Assembly: GCF_006345805.1 (NCBI RefSeq)
Contig: NC_043010.1
Location: forward strand, 6,882,001-6,946,000
Direction: 5' to 3'
DNA: 64,000 bases
DNA from: Octopus sinensis
Lineage: Eukaryota
Position numbers and translations under genes: made by a program. The notes beneath the pieces were generated by a model. That model was not told the DNA's origin. It did not search any database and worked only from the letters and a program-made list of their open reading frames with translations. Positions 24,321 through 40,341 of the stretch are shown in pieces (position 1 is the first letter of the stretch; each line of letters starts with the position of its first letter).

Positions 24321-27300
24321 GTTATGTCAAATGGAAATATGAGTATAGATCAAATACACACACATCAGTATAGGTCAAGTTAACTGTGGGTTTGATCAAA
24401 ACTGTAGGAAGATACCTAATTGAATATGAATTCTTTGAGAAGTTATAAACTAATAAAATATATCGCAGATCATACTTTCAGAAATGAAAAAAAAAAGCAT
24501 ATGAATCCGACTAATAATGCAATGATACAAAATATTATTTTTACCAGACATATAACAATGTGTTAACACAGTTTTCTTTTACAGTACATAAATATATATT
24601 GGAATTTTTTTTCTTTCCATTATTTGCATAACCCTTGGATTTTGTTATCATTTCAAAGTAAAATAGTTTATATTTTTAAAAGAATATTCACAATTTGGTT
24701 TTAAAGTGCTTACTTTAGAATGAATTAAATGTGTTAAAGGACTCCTTGTGTTTACTCACTTTTATGATAATTTTCCTTTTGTGACAGCTGTAGATCTTAT
24801 ATTTATGTTGTGCCGTTACTGCTGTAGTAGCTTGCACTAGCAGTACTAAGCCCTTTGATCTGTGTTTGGAGATGGGAATGTTAGAATGAAAGGAAAAAAA
24901 GGAAAAGAAAGATAGATAGAGGGGTTGAAATATGAAGAGAAAGAAGAGAAAGAGAGAGATGGTGAGGAACAGCACAAATAAAATACTATAGATCTGGTAT
25001 AAAGTATCATGTTATTTAGCAGCCAATAGCTAGCTGTTTACTGATCACATTGTGGGGATGAGGGTGGAGAAAACCTGCATCAATATCTCTGCAATTGCAA
25101 CTAGCAACCAGAAGTTGAATTATAGTTTAAAACTCTACTCAAATAATGATTGTGGGGAAGCTCACATATCAACGAAACAGAGTTCCTCAGTTTCTTACAG
25201 GCAATTATAGCCAAGATTGAATTCATTGACAAATAGATTTTGCTCATGTAAGACAAAATGCAAAATGAAATGCTTGAAACTTAATTTCTTTTTTTTTAGG
25301 TAAAATTAATAAATAATCACTTCCAATAAAAGTACAAGGCCAGAGATTTTGGGCAAGTGTTTAACTGGTGCACTAAATATTTTCAACTCAGGAAGGATGA
25401 AAGGCAAACTTGACTTTGGTAGGGTTTAAACTCAAAACATAAAGGACCAAAAGGAAATACTTCAAGGTATTTTAATTATACTATCAACCAACCAACCAAA
25501 CCATTTATAATAGTTATGATAATAATAACAACAACAATAACAAAAATAACGATGGTGGTATTTTTGATTTTAAAAATTTGAAACAAAGTAGTGATGGCGG
25601 TAGTGGTGGTGGTAGTGGTGGTGGTGGTGGGTCAATAAATGGAATCAATCACACTATCTTACTGATATATATTTTCTCACTTTTGGAAGAATGGAAAGTA
25701 GTCAAACTTGGATGCAATTTGAACCTAGAGACTCTGAACTAGATATCATCAAATATTTAGTCTGATTCTTTACCATTATTTTCAGTCATTACAATTGTCC
25801 TATTTATTGTTGTCTTATTAATGGTAAACATAATTTATTTTGCTGGAGCCTTACTGTAATTCTAAAATTAATTTGATTTTAAGAATGTGGGAATTTCCTT
25901 GGAGAGATATATTCTAAACCTCACCTATGGAAGATTTTTCCCGACAGTTTGATTTTCAGATGACATTTTTGTACTCTGTTCCACAAATAATAACACTCCT
26001 GAATTAACTGGGACTGTTCTTGTGTCTATATTCCACCTTCTTCAATCTCTCTCAATCTCCACATCTTCCTTTAGACTTCGAAAGTTCTTCAAACTCCATT
26101 TTGTTTTCACCCAAGTTTTAGAATGTATTATTATCATTATTATTATTATTATTATTATTTTTATCATTATTAGCGTTATTCTGGTAGTGAAGCTGATAAC
26201 AGATAACAAAAACAGCACACATCAAAACAACAACAACAACAACAATAATAATAACAATAAAGGCAAGAGAGTGTCTAGTCAAAGTATTTGCTTGTTTTTG
26301 TTAACTGACATTTATGTTACAGAATCTACTTATTTAAGAACTTTCTCTTCATTATGTTCTCAAATCTGAGTGTAATATGAATAAATCAGGTTAATCATTG
26401 CATTTCAGTGAAGAATTGCTTGTAAAATAACAGAATCACATTTCTCTTTCAGTGATCAATACAACTAGAATCATTTATTGATTTCACTCTTAGTATTGTA
26501 GAAGACTTTTGTTTCATTTTTTTTCAGTAGTCCATTATGTTTTTTTTTTGTGAGTGTTGTATTGTTTTGTTTAATATTTTAAAAACTCCTTATGGTTCCT
26601 TGGATTACCTTATCACTTGACAGCTTTCTTCTATTCTTTTTCGTTTATTTTTTTTGACTTACTATTAGTTGTACATCACATTAATTGTGGAGCTTGTAAA
26701 ACAACAGTTGCGATATTTAATCTTGTATCTCTATTTTAAAGAAAAAAAAATAATGATATATTTAACAAATTTAAAAGAGGATAAATTGACTACACATATA
26801 CAATAACTGTCAGGGTCCCCTTGTACACATACGCTCACATGTATACATTTATGCAAGCATCCATAATAAACATCTATTCTTTATTTCTTTTGCTAACTTC
26901 AATCATTGGTGACTGAAATAATGCTTTGGGGTGCGGCTTTTAAGGGTATACTCAATTACACCAACCCAAGAACTTATTTTGTTGACCTTGGTGGGATGAA
27001 TGTAGAATTTTGAGTGATTAAATTTTAGATGTAACTAAACACCAAAAAGTCTTTTGTCTTGGGGTCTCTATTCTGTTATCCATATGTTTATGTGTGTATA
27101 CAGATATATACATGCATACATGCACACGCACAAACATACACGTGCACACATACAAACACACAATTTTCTTACATATAAAATTTAGAAACATATGTAAGAA
27201 AACATGTTAGACACCAAGTTTTTACTTATATTTTATGACTCGTTCTCTAATAATTTTGCTGTTAAAAAACATATGTAAAAATTCTATGCATAAATCTATA

Positions 27301-30099
27301 CATATCCAAACATTTTCCTTATATATATGTACATATTTTTCACAATAATAGGAATGAGATGGGTAGTTTTGCCTTTCAAGGTACTGCAGATAAAAAAAAG
27401 ATAGCCTTGAGGGTGCTAACCATGAAGCTTATCTATGATGCTGTTACAATGTCAGTGCTCACTCAAAGAAGGAACCTTAAGAACCGCATAATTTGTTTTA
27501 TTATAACTTACTGAGTTTGAAATACATATAAGCCTGGAGAAAGCTATCGATGACAGTACAAGATAAGACCTGTATACCATGAACAGCTTTATGTTACATA
27601 GAAACGCCATCATCAGGTCAAGAATTCTGAATAATGAGATAGTTACATGTATATGAAAGACAGAGGCATGTATTACCTTTTTGAAAGTTATGTAGTCATG
27701 TATGAGACAATTAAAATCTTTCTATTAATGTCAAATTCAAGTTTCAAGTGGCCTAACTTCTTACCATATAGCAAAGGCTTTAGATTACAAACTGCAGTGA
27801 GAGCTATTGGCTTAATACATTTCCACTTCAGCTGTCATTGAGAAATCTTTAATCTTATTCAGAAGGACTATGTATCAAGCGTGCAAATATTCAAGATCAT
27901 GAGCACTTCAGATAACTGTAACTGTTATATCTCTCTTGACTGTATTAAATATAAGATGAACATTTGCCAATGGCCATAGTTTGTATCGGTAGTTCTCAAC
28001 TGCTTGGTTTGCTTTACACTTTATGGTTACAGTGAGGGCCACCACAGCTTCAACTCAGTTTGCAGAAAATGTTATTTCAGTTACAGATTTGAAAATTAGA
28101 GCTATATTGTACAGCTCACTAATATTTGCAATATACAAACATTGGGACTCAAATCAGCTGAAAAAAAAATGATCGAGCAAGATTTCGATTATTTTGGCAT
28201 TAATCATTGTAAAGGTGAAGCTACAGTTGTGGAGAGGCAAGCTGACATAAAGAAAATTATACAATGAATGCGATAAGTGCATTGAAGCTACACAACAGTT
28301 TCAATTTCAGACATGACAGGACAAACAATAATAATAATAATAATTTATGTAATGCACACACACACACACAAACAGGGATAATGTTTGTGTATATATATAT
28401 ATTTATGTGTTTTATGCATATTCATAAACGTAATAATATAAAGCTTTTTTTTTTTAAATATACATCAAAGAATTTCTATAAGTTATAAATTAATTGAGAC
28501 ATTTTGAAAGAAAAATTGCTGCCACACTGTTTCATTTACTTAACGAACTATTTATTAATTACCAGTTTGTTTGTGAGAAAAACATTGCTGTTTTTGAAAA
28601 CACTAAGTGACGAGTTTCATTACTTGCATCGAGTTGAAAACAAAAACTTTAAAAAAGTCCAAGCTTTGATATCAGATGGAACCTGTCTAGCTGTTTCATT
28701 TCATATCAGGCTAATATATACATCCAAAACTAAACTTTTAAACATATACCATCATTGTAAGTAATAATATGATATGGCTGTTTATAGTATTAGCTGTGAT
28801 GTTACTTCAAGACAAAGATTACCTTAGACAAAAACCTCTTCTATTGAATCAATTAAAATAACTGTTAAGTGATAAGACAACAGACAAGAGCATGTAGCAA
28901 CAATTAGGAGTTTTCTGACTCTGGATGTAACAAATAGTGTCTTCTTATTCTTCCATTTCCAAAATAATAAAAAAAAAACACAATGTAAGAGATGTAGTGT
29001 GCTGAACACCAGCCAATCTACTTTTGCCATTGGTCCTTATCAATAACAAGGTTATTGCATCTATCTCAGAATTAAATTGTCAAATTTGTCTTCTGTGTCC
29101 TCCAACACAGTAAGATTCTGTAGGTTGGTTTTCGTGATTCAAAAAGGATGGCCAGCAGTATAGTTGACCTTCTCAATGCACGTCCAATCAAAATCACTCT
29201 ATAGACTTACATATGAAGTAACACAATAAAATAACAAACTAATATGATAGAAAATCTATCTCAAATACAAAGTATCAAGGAAAGTTGTTCATTCAAAGAT
29301 AACCAACAAGTTCAAGAACAGATTTGATAAATATTGAAACAACATTAAATTTGAAATGAAAAACAAGAACATTTGCAGTAAATCAGCATTTATAGGCATT
29401 CTCTATTAGACATAATACAGATGTATAGCAAACTAAGAGTATATAAGCTGATTTTGATTAAAGCCTGAAATCAATTAACTTTAATTTATATTAGTCTTAT
29501 CAACACTTGTAAAAAAACAAATGAACGTCACAAATTCCTGTAATTTCCAGCCCAATAAATTTGTGTTTGAGATTAATTAACACAAAGAACAATCAATTAT
29601 GTTTTTTTATAAAATTTAAAGAAAGTGTGGAGCATGATATTTTTCTAAATTATATATGTATGTACATACATACATACATACATACATACATTTATATATA
29701 TATATACATATATATACTTGAAATTACTGTCATGTTTTATACATTGAATTGTATATTATATAACATGTGTATATATATATGTTTGTATATGCATACAATG
29801 TGAAACAAAAGAACCTGTATATCCCTGGCAGCATGAATATTGCTCTATATTATTGAAGAACGCAATATTGTTGAAATGTGTCTAAATCATTATGATCTCC
29901 TGTCCCTGGCTAATAGCAGGAATGCACTTTAGTGCAAGCTCTATGTAAAAATATATCTGATTATAGATACATACATGCACAGACACAATCACATAACCAC
30001 ACACAGGCTAAAACGTACATGTATTGTTGCATACACAGATACATATATTTTTCTTTCCAGGTAGTGATTGGCACCCCTTCCCACTACATACATAAGTCT

Positions 30100-31710
30100 G
30101 TTATCTCAGCTCTCTGCTAATACATCTTTCTCGTCCACCCTGTATTTCAGCTGCTGCTGTCCTAAGTGCTATGTCTGCTCTTAAGAAGGATCCAGTCTCT
30201 CCATTGCTCACGTCTCTCTTGCATGGATATCAATGATAAAGACTTCCAGTTGCTCAGAAGTCTCTCTCTACTCAAGACTTCTAAGTGTATTTATAGTCAA
30301 TACCGCTCTCCAATCTTTCACAGCCAATAGCAGTTATTTGACCAACCTGCATCGAAAATACCAGTGTGCACACAATTCTGCCTGAAGTCATCCTTGTTAG
30401 TGATTTAAATGCACACAACTTCTTTTCTTCTCCAATTCTCTCCACTCTTTCCACACCATCAATACTGGTGTGGAAGACAAATCATTTTCCACCTTTAACT
30501 GAACTGTCTGTACAACTTAGTCTCCTCATGTACCCGTAATTGAGGCCAAGCCACCAACTCGTCATATACATTAACTCTTTTCTCACCTCTAAACCCAAAC
30601 CTTTTTTTTTACCCTGCCAACACAGACTCTTCTCTCATTAAGAAGATCATCTGATCACTGCCTAATCAAGGCAATCCCTTTCACACTATCTTATCACACA
30701 TCAGCCCTGCCTCCAGTACATTTTGTCAACTAACAATCTTGTTGTAGACCTAGCAGTGTCACACTGACTTCCCTTGGCAGTAAACATGTGCTTCCCTTTG
30801 ATGCAGTCAAGACAACAGAGAGAGAGAGAGAGCAAGAGAGAGAGAAACAGCCAGCCAGATAGACAGAGATATTATGTATATAGAGCAAGACAGATAGACA
30901 GACAGACTAACGCAAACCTTCTCCTAGGTATAATCTCTAAGACCCTTCATACAGCCAAAGCTCACAACTTCCTACAAGAGTAGTTCAAATACAGAATCAA
31001 TGCAGCTGCACCAACAACGAACTCTGCCGACAGCATCTGAAGAAGTCCAACAATGATCACTTACTAGGATGTCACCCACATCGAAAAACAGATCTGACAA
31101 CCAACGTTCCACCTAGGCTTTAGTTGTGAGAATGTGTAGAAATTTGCTTGGGGTGCAAATTTTGCCATTTTTTTGTTTTTGTATAGCATATGCTTATCCA
31201 TGTGAGTAGCCATTGCTTAAATACTGTATCGACTGTTTAAGCAAATACAAACCATATTTTAAGTGTTTTACTGAAGATTTTACTATTAACTTATATGATT
31301 AATTTCTTAAAAGTATTCAATTTCACCTTCAAGTACATGGAATACAAGCAACATTGACAATGGCTATTTTTACCAAATTCTTCATACATCTTCTCACTTT
31401 ACAGCTATTTACTCCCAATTTATGGAAATAGGACAATATGTCCTACCTATAAGGACAACCAACTTCTCTGATTTTGACAACTACTCATATATCATACTAT
31501 TTTCTATCATACCAAAAGCTGGATGGAAACAGTTGTCAACAAACTTCGTTATCACTTTGAATGCTTTTTTCTCTCTCACTAACCACCAAAACGGTTCTTC
31601 CCAGAGCTACAGCCTTCCAGGAATCCCCTCCCTGCCTACAAGTATCGACTGCAGAAGTTCGTGGTGAATATCAGTCACATTAATGCATTCACCTCACCAA
31701 TCTAAGTAAG
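30100..31710 (+). mobile_element. Heavily decayed CR1/L2-group LINE (AP-endonuclease remnant and 3' end)
   Basis: Peptides YRSP, EVILVSDLNAHN and SDHCLI in 30290-30670; C-terminal-like segment at 31390-31700. Confidence 0.55.
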
Positions 31711-32142
31711 TCTACAATGATTCCACCATTTATTTATGGACAACATAAATAAATAAAAATAAAAACAAAAATATATACACATTCACATACAAATATAAAC
31801 ATCATATATACATGCATTCATTTATGAATATACACATACATAATCAAGTGTGTGTACACATGTGCATCTGCATATATCCACATATATATAGAAGGTTCTT
31901 TGTTATGGCTGGTCAGAGAGTGACCACTGATTTTGTACCTATAAGGCACTTAGTTGTATAGGTGACACATCAGACTCAGATGGCTGGAGGCACATGACAA
32001 GTTACCCATACAGCTAAGTACCTTACATCTACAAAATCAATGGTCACTTTCTGGCCAGCCATCAGAAACAACAACCTTCTAAATATACTATCCCTCTAAT
32101 GCTTTAGAGTGTCCTTCTTGTTTGGATATATGAACTACTGAG

Positions 32143-32175
<33 letters not shown>

Positions 32176-32179
32176 ACAA

Positions 32180-32228
<49 letters not shown>

Positions 32229-32387
32229 AAGTCTTAAGAAGCATTGAATAGAATATATTTGTGCAACGTGATATTTTACATGTTCAAGCACATTTGAATA
32301 TGGAAAGACCTTCCATTGTGGAAGTAGTCCCAGAAGTGTCTCCATTTTCTCATGTCCTAATGTACTTGAGCCTGTTATGTATGGCTT

Positions 32388-32452
<65 letters not shown>

Positions 32453-33429
32453 CATATATATATATTACTTTAATACTTCTATGATTCCATCAATCTTCAG
32501 GTGATCGTCATAGTTCTTTTGTTATAACAGTTATCTGAAGAGGCATGAATTTATTGCAGAAGCTCAAGAGTAAAGGTTATGACTCATATTAACTACAATC
32601 CATTACTAGCACTGAGTATTTTTTCTCCTGTTTACTGTCATAATTGTGCGTGTGTGTGTGTGTGTGTATGTGTATGTGTCTATGTTTGTGTACATTATGT
32701 ATGTGTGTGTATATGTTTCTGTGTGTGTGTGTAGGTATAGTATATCACATAGACGAACAGTAGAAGCACTCAGCAGATGAGCTGCAGATACTTTAGTAGC
32801 AATAAACAATAGAAATGTTTAGTAGCTTATTAGTATTTAAGGTTTTGGTAACTTGTTAATAATGAATTCTTACCACTTGCAATCTGGTTTTATACTATAT
32901 ATATATATTATCTTAGTCCCTCTCTCTTTCTCCCTCTCACTGAATCTGTCATTCTTTTGTTTAGAATGTATGTATATATGTATGTATTTAGATAAGTGTA
33001 CATACACACATACATACAAGTGCTTCTCAGAAAATTAGAATATGAAAGTATATTAAGGGGAAAAATTGTCAAAAGCTCCTTACTTATACCTAAGAGATGC
33101 CTTGTCTCAGTCTGTGAACAATCTCAATAATTTTTACAATGATTTCAGATGTCAAGAATGTAAATATTGACCTTCTTAGCCATTTGCTGATTAAAAAAGT
33201 CCTATTATATTTTTATAATTAAATATTATTAGGAACCATATAAAAAGCTATTGGAATATTTTGTGTGTTGTAGAAATATATCCAATTTATTGTACATAAA
33301 TTTTAACAGCAAAATCTTCTGTAGACCTCCAGGGACCATGTGGACCCTAGCTGAGAACCACTGCTTTATATAGTTGTGTTTCTTTTTTTATTATATATAT
33401 ATATAATCATTTTATAAAAACTGTTGGTA

Positions 33430-33920
33430 TTGCAGTCATGGACAAGGCTTCTGATGACACAGTTGTCCAAAAGTCTATCATTCACATTCTTTACAAAGAA
33501 TGGAAGACAGAAAACTATTTGTTGAAAGCATCTCTTTAAAGCTTCATCTGGATAAACAGTGTGTGGAAGAAAGAAGTGTACCAATGAAGGAGACAACCAC
33601 AGCTTTGAAAGAACCATGAAGAAAGCTGGTTTGACAATGTGAAAGAGAACCATGAAAAATCGACAAAGACAAGAGTTAGTGCATCAAAGGCCACCACACA
33701 GATGGATTTAAAAAAAAAAAACAGAGGCAAAGCAGTTGAGGCCTCTTTTTATCAACGGCCAGAGTCACAAGCAGTTGATATGGACCAAGGAGAATTAGAA
33801 GCTGAATGTTGAGCAATTGTCTAAAGTGTTGTTTCCTGATGAGAGCAAAATTTGAATCTCCTTTGGAAAGCAAAGTGGTGGAGTTTAGAGAAGAATTAGA
33901 GATGCACAAATCCCAGCTCT
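33430..33920 (+). mobile_element. Tc1 (DD34E-type) transposase fragment
   Basis: Peptides RVSASKATT and QLIWTKEN*KLNVEQLSKVLFPDESKF*ISFG match the Tc1 region up to the first catalytic Asp. Confidence 0.75.
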
Positions 33921-35522
33921 CTTAAATTTCCTTAATTATTCCATTTATAATAGATTGTGAACATTTTAAACTATTATATAACATATTTTAAACTGTTACA
34001 TAACTTAACCATCAATTTGGGGAGGAAAAGCTATAAACAAAAACTAATTTTTGTTTAGATTTATGATTCAGCCTGTATTAATGAACACCTATCCAAACAA
34101 AATTGCAAACATGCATAACACAAATACATATACACATAAATGCTCACACACAAATATGCATACACACACACACACACATATCCATATCTATATCCTTATA
34201 CAATTCAGTTATACTTCAACTCATTTTAAATATATAAAAATAAATAATTTTTTCAGCCTTTGGTTTAACTAGTTAATTTAAGTAGATTTGATACCGTTTT
34301 TTGTTGAGTTCATGCTGTGCTTGAAAGTAATGTTTTAGAGGACCTTAGCTATGAAAAAAAATCAGAACCATAAAATATTAATCCTATATGTAAATATGGA
34401 GAGAGAGAGAGAGAAAGAGAGAAAGAGACAGGTGCATGTTTGTGTGCATGTGTATTTAAGGTGTTCCTCTGTGAGTGTCATATCACATCCCATATTCTAT
34501 TTAGTTAATTAGGATATCATCAAAGATGCAGTTAAGGATTCCTCATCCATACATTGTATTTGGATAGTAACTAAGAGCATTGAATCATGTAACAACAGTG
34601 TCACACAATTTTCAGTCCCTTTTGTATGGTTATCTATACATTTTCTTCTTGGAATCAAAGGTTCATACCTCTCCTCACTCCCACACACAAGCATGCATGC
34701 ACACTCAACTGGAGAAAAATATCCAGATTTATAATTCAATTATTATTTAAATATTCCATAAAATATGTACTTCTTTCATCTCCACAAATAAGTGGAGGTT
34801 TAATCTCCATTCAAGTATAATAAATAATTTACCTAACTTGATTAACATCTGCCTTCTGTAAATTTATAAAGTATAAAAATTGCGATGGAGGATAAACAAA
34901 ATATATTAAGTTTAACTGTAAACAGCTGAACTTATTACCAATACTAACGAGACCATGAATCAGTCTCACAATAATTCATATATTGTCTAACGATAATGTA
35001 ATTAAATTTTAGTAGATGCTCAGTTCCGGTCTGGTTCCTAGTATTTTTCTTTCAATTTAGAAGTGATATGAATTGGTTCACCAACAGGAAGCAGAATGTT
35101 GTAATACTTTGGACAGTGCCCTCTGGTGGAGACTACTGCTCATAAGACTGAGACAAGGCAAATCAGCTTGTTTCGTTTTGGGATTGTTTATAAACATTAA
35201 TTCCTCGTGTGCATCAGTAGATTATTGTTGTTTTCCTTTTTTGCTATCTCAATGCTTACTTTATTTAACATCAATCCTCACTTGTCACGTACCTTTCTGG
35301 AGGGATGACATAATCCATTTCCCCTCACATTCATACATACATGTACATCTATTCATGCATACCATATATGTTTATCAATATTATTAATACATATGCAAAT
35401 ATATGGATATATGTGTAGATGTGCATATATATATGTGTGTGTATGTATATTAATGTATATGTATGTATACATATACATTTAAATACATATATGTATATGA
35501 ATGTATATATATACATATTTAT

Positions 35523-35572
<50 letters not shown>

Positions 35573-36360
35573 ATGTTTGTTTTTATGAAAAATTTTTACA
35601 TTAATCTGATGGGTTACTCTATACTTTTGTAGAGTACAATTTATCATTCTTATAAACTTCAAAGTCACATTCGATAACAATCTTGTATAAGAATAATGTG
35701 TGTGTGTGTGTGTACATTACTTGTACATTAAGGGAGAAGTATGAACAGTATAAATAGTATTCAAATTACTTAGTTTTAAAAATAAAAGCTGAAATTAGAA
35801 TTATAGTAAGGAACAGAAATACAGTTATGATTGTGTTTATGGATATATTGATTAAGTTTCTGTTTAGAAGATAGGATTGGAATTAGATTAGATTCCAAGT
35901 TTTGGGTATTGGAATTTGTAATATTTAAAGAACTATTTAGTTGCAGTAGAAAATTTAATTCTGGTTTATATTTAAAAATTTAAGTTTCAGAAAAGTGCTT
36001 CCAGGTTAACTACAAACATTTTGGAATGAAATCATTACATATTATGTTTGACGTTTATTTAATTTTACACAAAGTAATTTAAATACAAGCAATAATTCCT
36101 ATAGTTATTGTGAATCAAATCTAATTTTCTATCAAAACTAGTGTTTTTTTACTTTGTTTACTTTGTCTTTATAGATGATTGCTTGGTTCCTATTACCTTA
36201 CAAAATGTATCTTGCCAGATATAAATGAAAATGCATTATGATATATTGTTTGGAAACATGTATGGATGATATTAGTATGACACATAAACAAATATATGTA
36301 TTATATATATCCATTCTTGCTTATATATGTGCATGTACATGTTTGTGTATATGGAAGGGG

Positions 36361-36394
<34 letters not shown>

Positions 36395-36455
36395 AAACAG
36401 ATTCTTTAGTTTTTGAGTTATGCATTTCTAACAGATATTATTTATCATCATCATC

Positions 36456-36467
36456 AGTAGTAGCAGC

Positions 36468-36561
<94 letters not shown>
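36456..36561. repeat. (GTA)n microsatellite
   Basis: Direct reading of the sequence. Confidence 0.97.
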
Positions 36562-36562
<1 letters not shown>

Positions 36563-37212
36563 CGATGGTGGTGGTGGTGGCGGTGGTGAAATTTTAGTAA
36601 TAAAAAATCATTATAACAGTTTTAATTTTCTTCCTTTTTGTTTTTTCTTGGAAGAATTTCATCACTCATTGAACAATTGCAAATTTATATAGCCCGCTAC
36701 TCATTTCAAAAGCTCACACGAATACATACACACACACAAGAGCTCACATACAAATACATAATAATAACTACACATATATGTAAGCAAAAATAAACAAAAA
36801 CTACAAATATTGAATCCATTTTCTTAAAACATTAACAAAAACACAAAAATTATTTGTGATTATCTTTTTTCTGTAACTTCCAGAATATATAACAATTTAA
36901 TTTCAGTGAGATGGGAACCTGTTAATATTTGGAACGATGCCCTGTATTAAGTTGATAATGTCTTAAACTTCATTGAACCGACATTATTCCTAGAAATCAA
37001 TTACATTGTTCCTTATATCAAGAATTGAAAGCATAAGCAACTGCAACGTGAAACAAATGAAGTTTTCTTAGATAAATGTTGAAGGTCAATAAATTTGAAA
37101 TAGTTTCATTGAATTTCCTTTGAATCCTTATTGTTCTACACAAAAAAAAAGAAGAAAAAAACTGAAGAGGTAAACACAACCTGAAATGGAATGGAGTTGC
37201 CTAATATACATT

Positions 37213-37251
<39 letters not shown>

Positions 37252-37278
37252 ACATGCATACGTACATACATACATACA

Positions 37279-37310
<32 letters not shown>

Positions 37311-37390
37311 CATACATACATACATACATACATACATGCATGCATGCATACATACATACATATGTGTATATGAGATATATATATATATAT

Positions 37391-37587
37391 GATCCTGAAG
37401 CATGCGTGTCTCTAGATGCAGGCCTGGCTGCTGGGGGTGTTTGTCTCCCCTTCGTAAATGTATATAAGGACACAGGAAAAATGTGTCGGAGCCATCAGAA
37501 AGTGTCAATGCTTCCTAGGGCTAAACAGCGGTGGTGTAACCCCCTACTGTCACATTCACGTTAGATTGACAGTATACAACCATTCTA
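37391..37587 (-). repeat. Family C repeat copy embedded between TA tracts
   Basis: Reverse complement of 17863-18061 with modest divergence. Confidence 0.88.
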
Positions 37588-37732
37588 TATATATACTTAC
37601 ATATATATATATATCATATGTTTATATATGATGTGTATATACATATATTGATATATATATATATATATATATATATAGTGCTCTAGCATGGCCACAGGTC
37701 TGAGCTGAAACTACAAAGAAAATATATGTGTG

Positions 37733-37770
<38 letters not shown>

Positions 37771-38985
37771 GAGTGTGTGTGTGATATAGATTATCTAATC
37801 CAGGTACTACTCTTCAGATTTACAGGAGCAGTTGAGGATGCATGAAGTAAAATAAAGTGTGACGATCATGTCTTTCATTAGGGCATTAGCAGCAACAGTG
37901 AAACAAAAATCAAAATTTTTTCTTAAAATATCTGCAGGGTTGGGTTAACTGATTTCAGACAAAAGAATGTTTTGAATTGATTTCTTGAGGTAATTAGCGA
38001 AAATTAAAGAATGTGTGTGTGTGTGTATAGACATATATATGCAGAGATAGGTAAACAGATAAATATAACTATAAATGCAAATACATATGTGTTTTGTGCT
38101 GGGTGTGTAGGTTTGTATATGTATGTATATGTGTGTTGCAGATTACATTAATTGTATACCTCAGTTATACATCTGTGATTTGTGGAGTGTAGCTGAGAAA
38201 GTGTTTACATTCTAATATGTTTTCACATAAAAATAAGAACAACAAAACAGAAATTCACCTTAATTGCATGGGGAATGGAGAAGATAAACTAATTCAAAGT
38301 CATAAATCTTTTCATTTTTTTTTTCTCTTTACCATAAAAACAGATAAAAATCTGTCTGGCTTGAATTAAACCCAGCCTCAGTTTGAATTAAAAAATAAAA
38401 TTCCAGTTTTCAACACAATGATGGTATTAAGCAAGAATAATTTCTGAGACGGCTTCGTCGTCAGATTGTGACAAATAAATATATATATAATAGGTAAATA
38501 AATAAAACAAATGTAATATAATTAGAATAAAAGGAATATTTGAATCTTAGATCATAAGATCAATTATTTAATTATTTCTACAAAAATTGAAAAAAAGTGT
38601 TGAGTGTGTGTGCGTGTGTGTGTGCGTGTGTGTGTGCGTGTGTGTGTGTGTGTAAATATACAAGAAGAAAACAAATTTGATTTTTCTGAATCTTTGAAAT
38701 TTTATCATCATTTTCTTCTTCCTATTTTTTTTTTACTGTTTTTGCTTTACTTTCAAACGTCTATTTTTCAAAATCTTTTCTTCATTTGTTTTATCTGCCA
38801 CATGATAATTAAATATATATAGGAAACAATAAAACGCTTCTGAAGTTATATAAATTTGTTATCAATGTATGTGAGATTTACAAAAAAAAAAAATGAATTA
38901 AAGTCTTGCCTAAAATAATTTGATAAACGTCACATATAAATAATTGTTTAGAGGTCATCAGTAGATAAAAAAAAAGAGATGTACT

Positions 38986-39018
<33 letters not shown>

Positions 39019-39249
39019 GCAGACAGAGAGAAAGAGGGAGACATGGAAACAGTGACAGATAGAGACATAAAGAATGAGAGAGTGAGAAAAGCAATACAAA
39101 ATGTATATTTTTCAGCCAATAGGAGTTCCTTTGCTATAAAATATGAAAACAAATGCTCTAGGATAACATTGGCAAAACATTTAAGAACACAAATTAATAA
39201 TATATATAATACTACATCAAAATAGATGAGCTCATATCTATGAAAATGC

Positions 39250-39290
<41 letters not shown>

Positions 39291-39753
39291 ATATTTATAT
39301 ATATAGATAGATAAATATATATATACACATACACACACACATATATACATACATATATAAATATGTGTGGCTGTATATATATATGTGTGTATATATACAC
39401 ACACACATATACATAAGCACATAAAGATATACACATATAAACATAACTATATGTGTGTAAGTGTGTATATGTACACATATATGCAGAGAAGCCCTCACAC
39501 TACCTAGATTTATAATTCTGCATTCATTACATTTATGGTTGTTTGTGTGTATGTGTGCATGTGGGTATGTGTATGTTTATGTATGTTTATATATATGTGC
39601 GTATATATGCTCACTTAATTGGTCATGCATATACATAAAGATATACGAATATACATTTCATCTACATATGTTTATTTCTTTATATATAATAATTTATTCA
39701 TACTTTCTTTCTGTATATAGTGATACTTGGAGAAGGCTAAAAAAGAAAAAAAG

Positions 39754-39765
<12 letters not shown>

Positions 39766-39811
<46 letters not shown>
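39766..39811. repeat. (GATA)n microsatellite
   Basis: Direct reading of the sequence. Confidence 0.97.
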
Positions 39812-39812
<1 letters not shown>

Positions 39813-40279
39813 GAAGGAAAAAGTAAATGAGAGTGACAGAGTGGGTTGTCTGGTTAAAAGCAGGAAGTGAAGTTATATGTATACATATAATATCTAATGA
39901 ATAAATGAAGATATACTACATTGAAAACGATTCTTTGTTTCATGAATAAAAGTCAATGATTTGGTTTTGATTTTTAAAAAAATATAAAACAGCTTTAGTA
40001 TAAATATAAATAAATGTACATAGAACAACCTTTGTTTGGGATAAACAGCAGTGTATATGAAAAACAGCAGTACATAACTCTTTGCTGAAATGAATTTGAA
40101 TTATTAATAAATCTGTATTAAAGACACATCTTCAACAGTTGCATTTTTTAATGATATCAAAACAATATAGCAAATTATCTCAAGCTAAAAATGATATCAT
40201 TTTATGATTTCACAATTATCATGGATTACTACATAACAACAATGGAAAATGATTTTTTATATATATATATGTATAAATG

Positions 40280-40341
<62 letters not shown>

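Noticed and set aside
27360-28260. Stretch with coding-like composition
   Set aside because: Many stops in all frames and no motif I could recognise; left uncalled.
32466-32560. CTGAAGA-containing motifs on both strands next to a TA tract
   Set aside because: GAAG instead of GAAA and no stem I/III pairing; too degenerate to call a hammerhead.
33320-33365. CTGAGAACCACTG, resembling a hAT/Charlie terminal repeat
   Set aside because: No matching left TIR or 8-bp TSD could be found.
38435-38475. Minus-strand CTGACGA...GAAA
   Set aside because: No stem I, and stem II does not close against GAAA; chance match.
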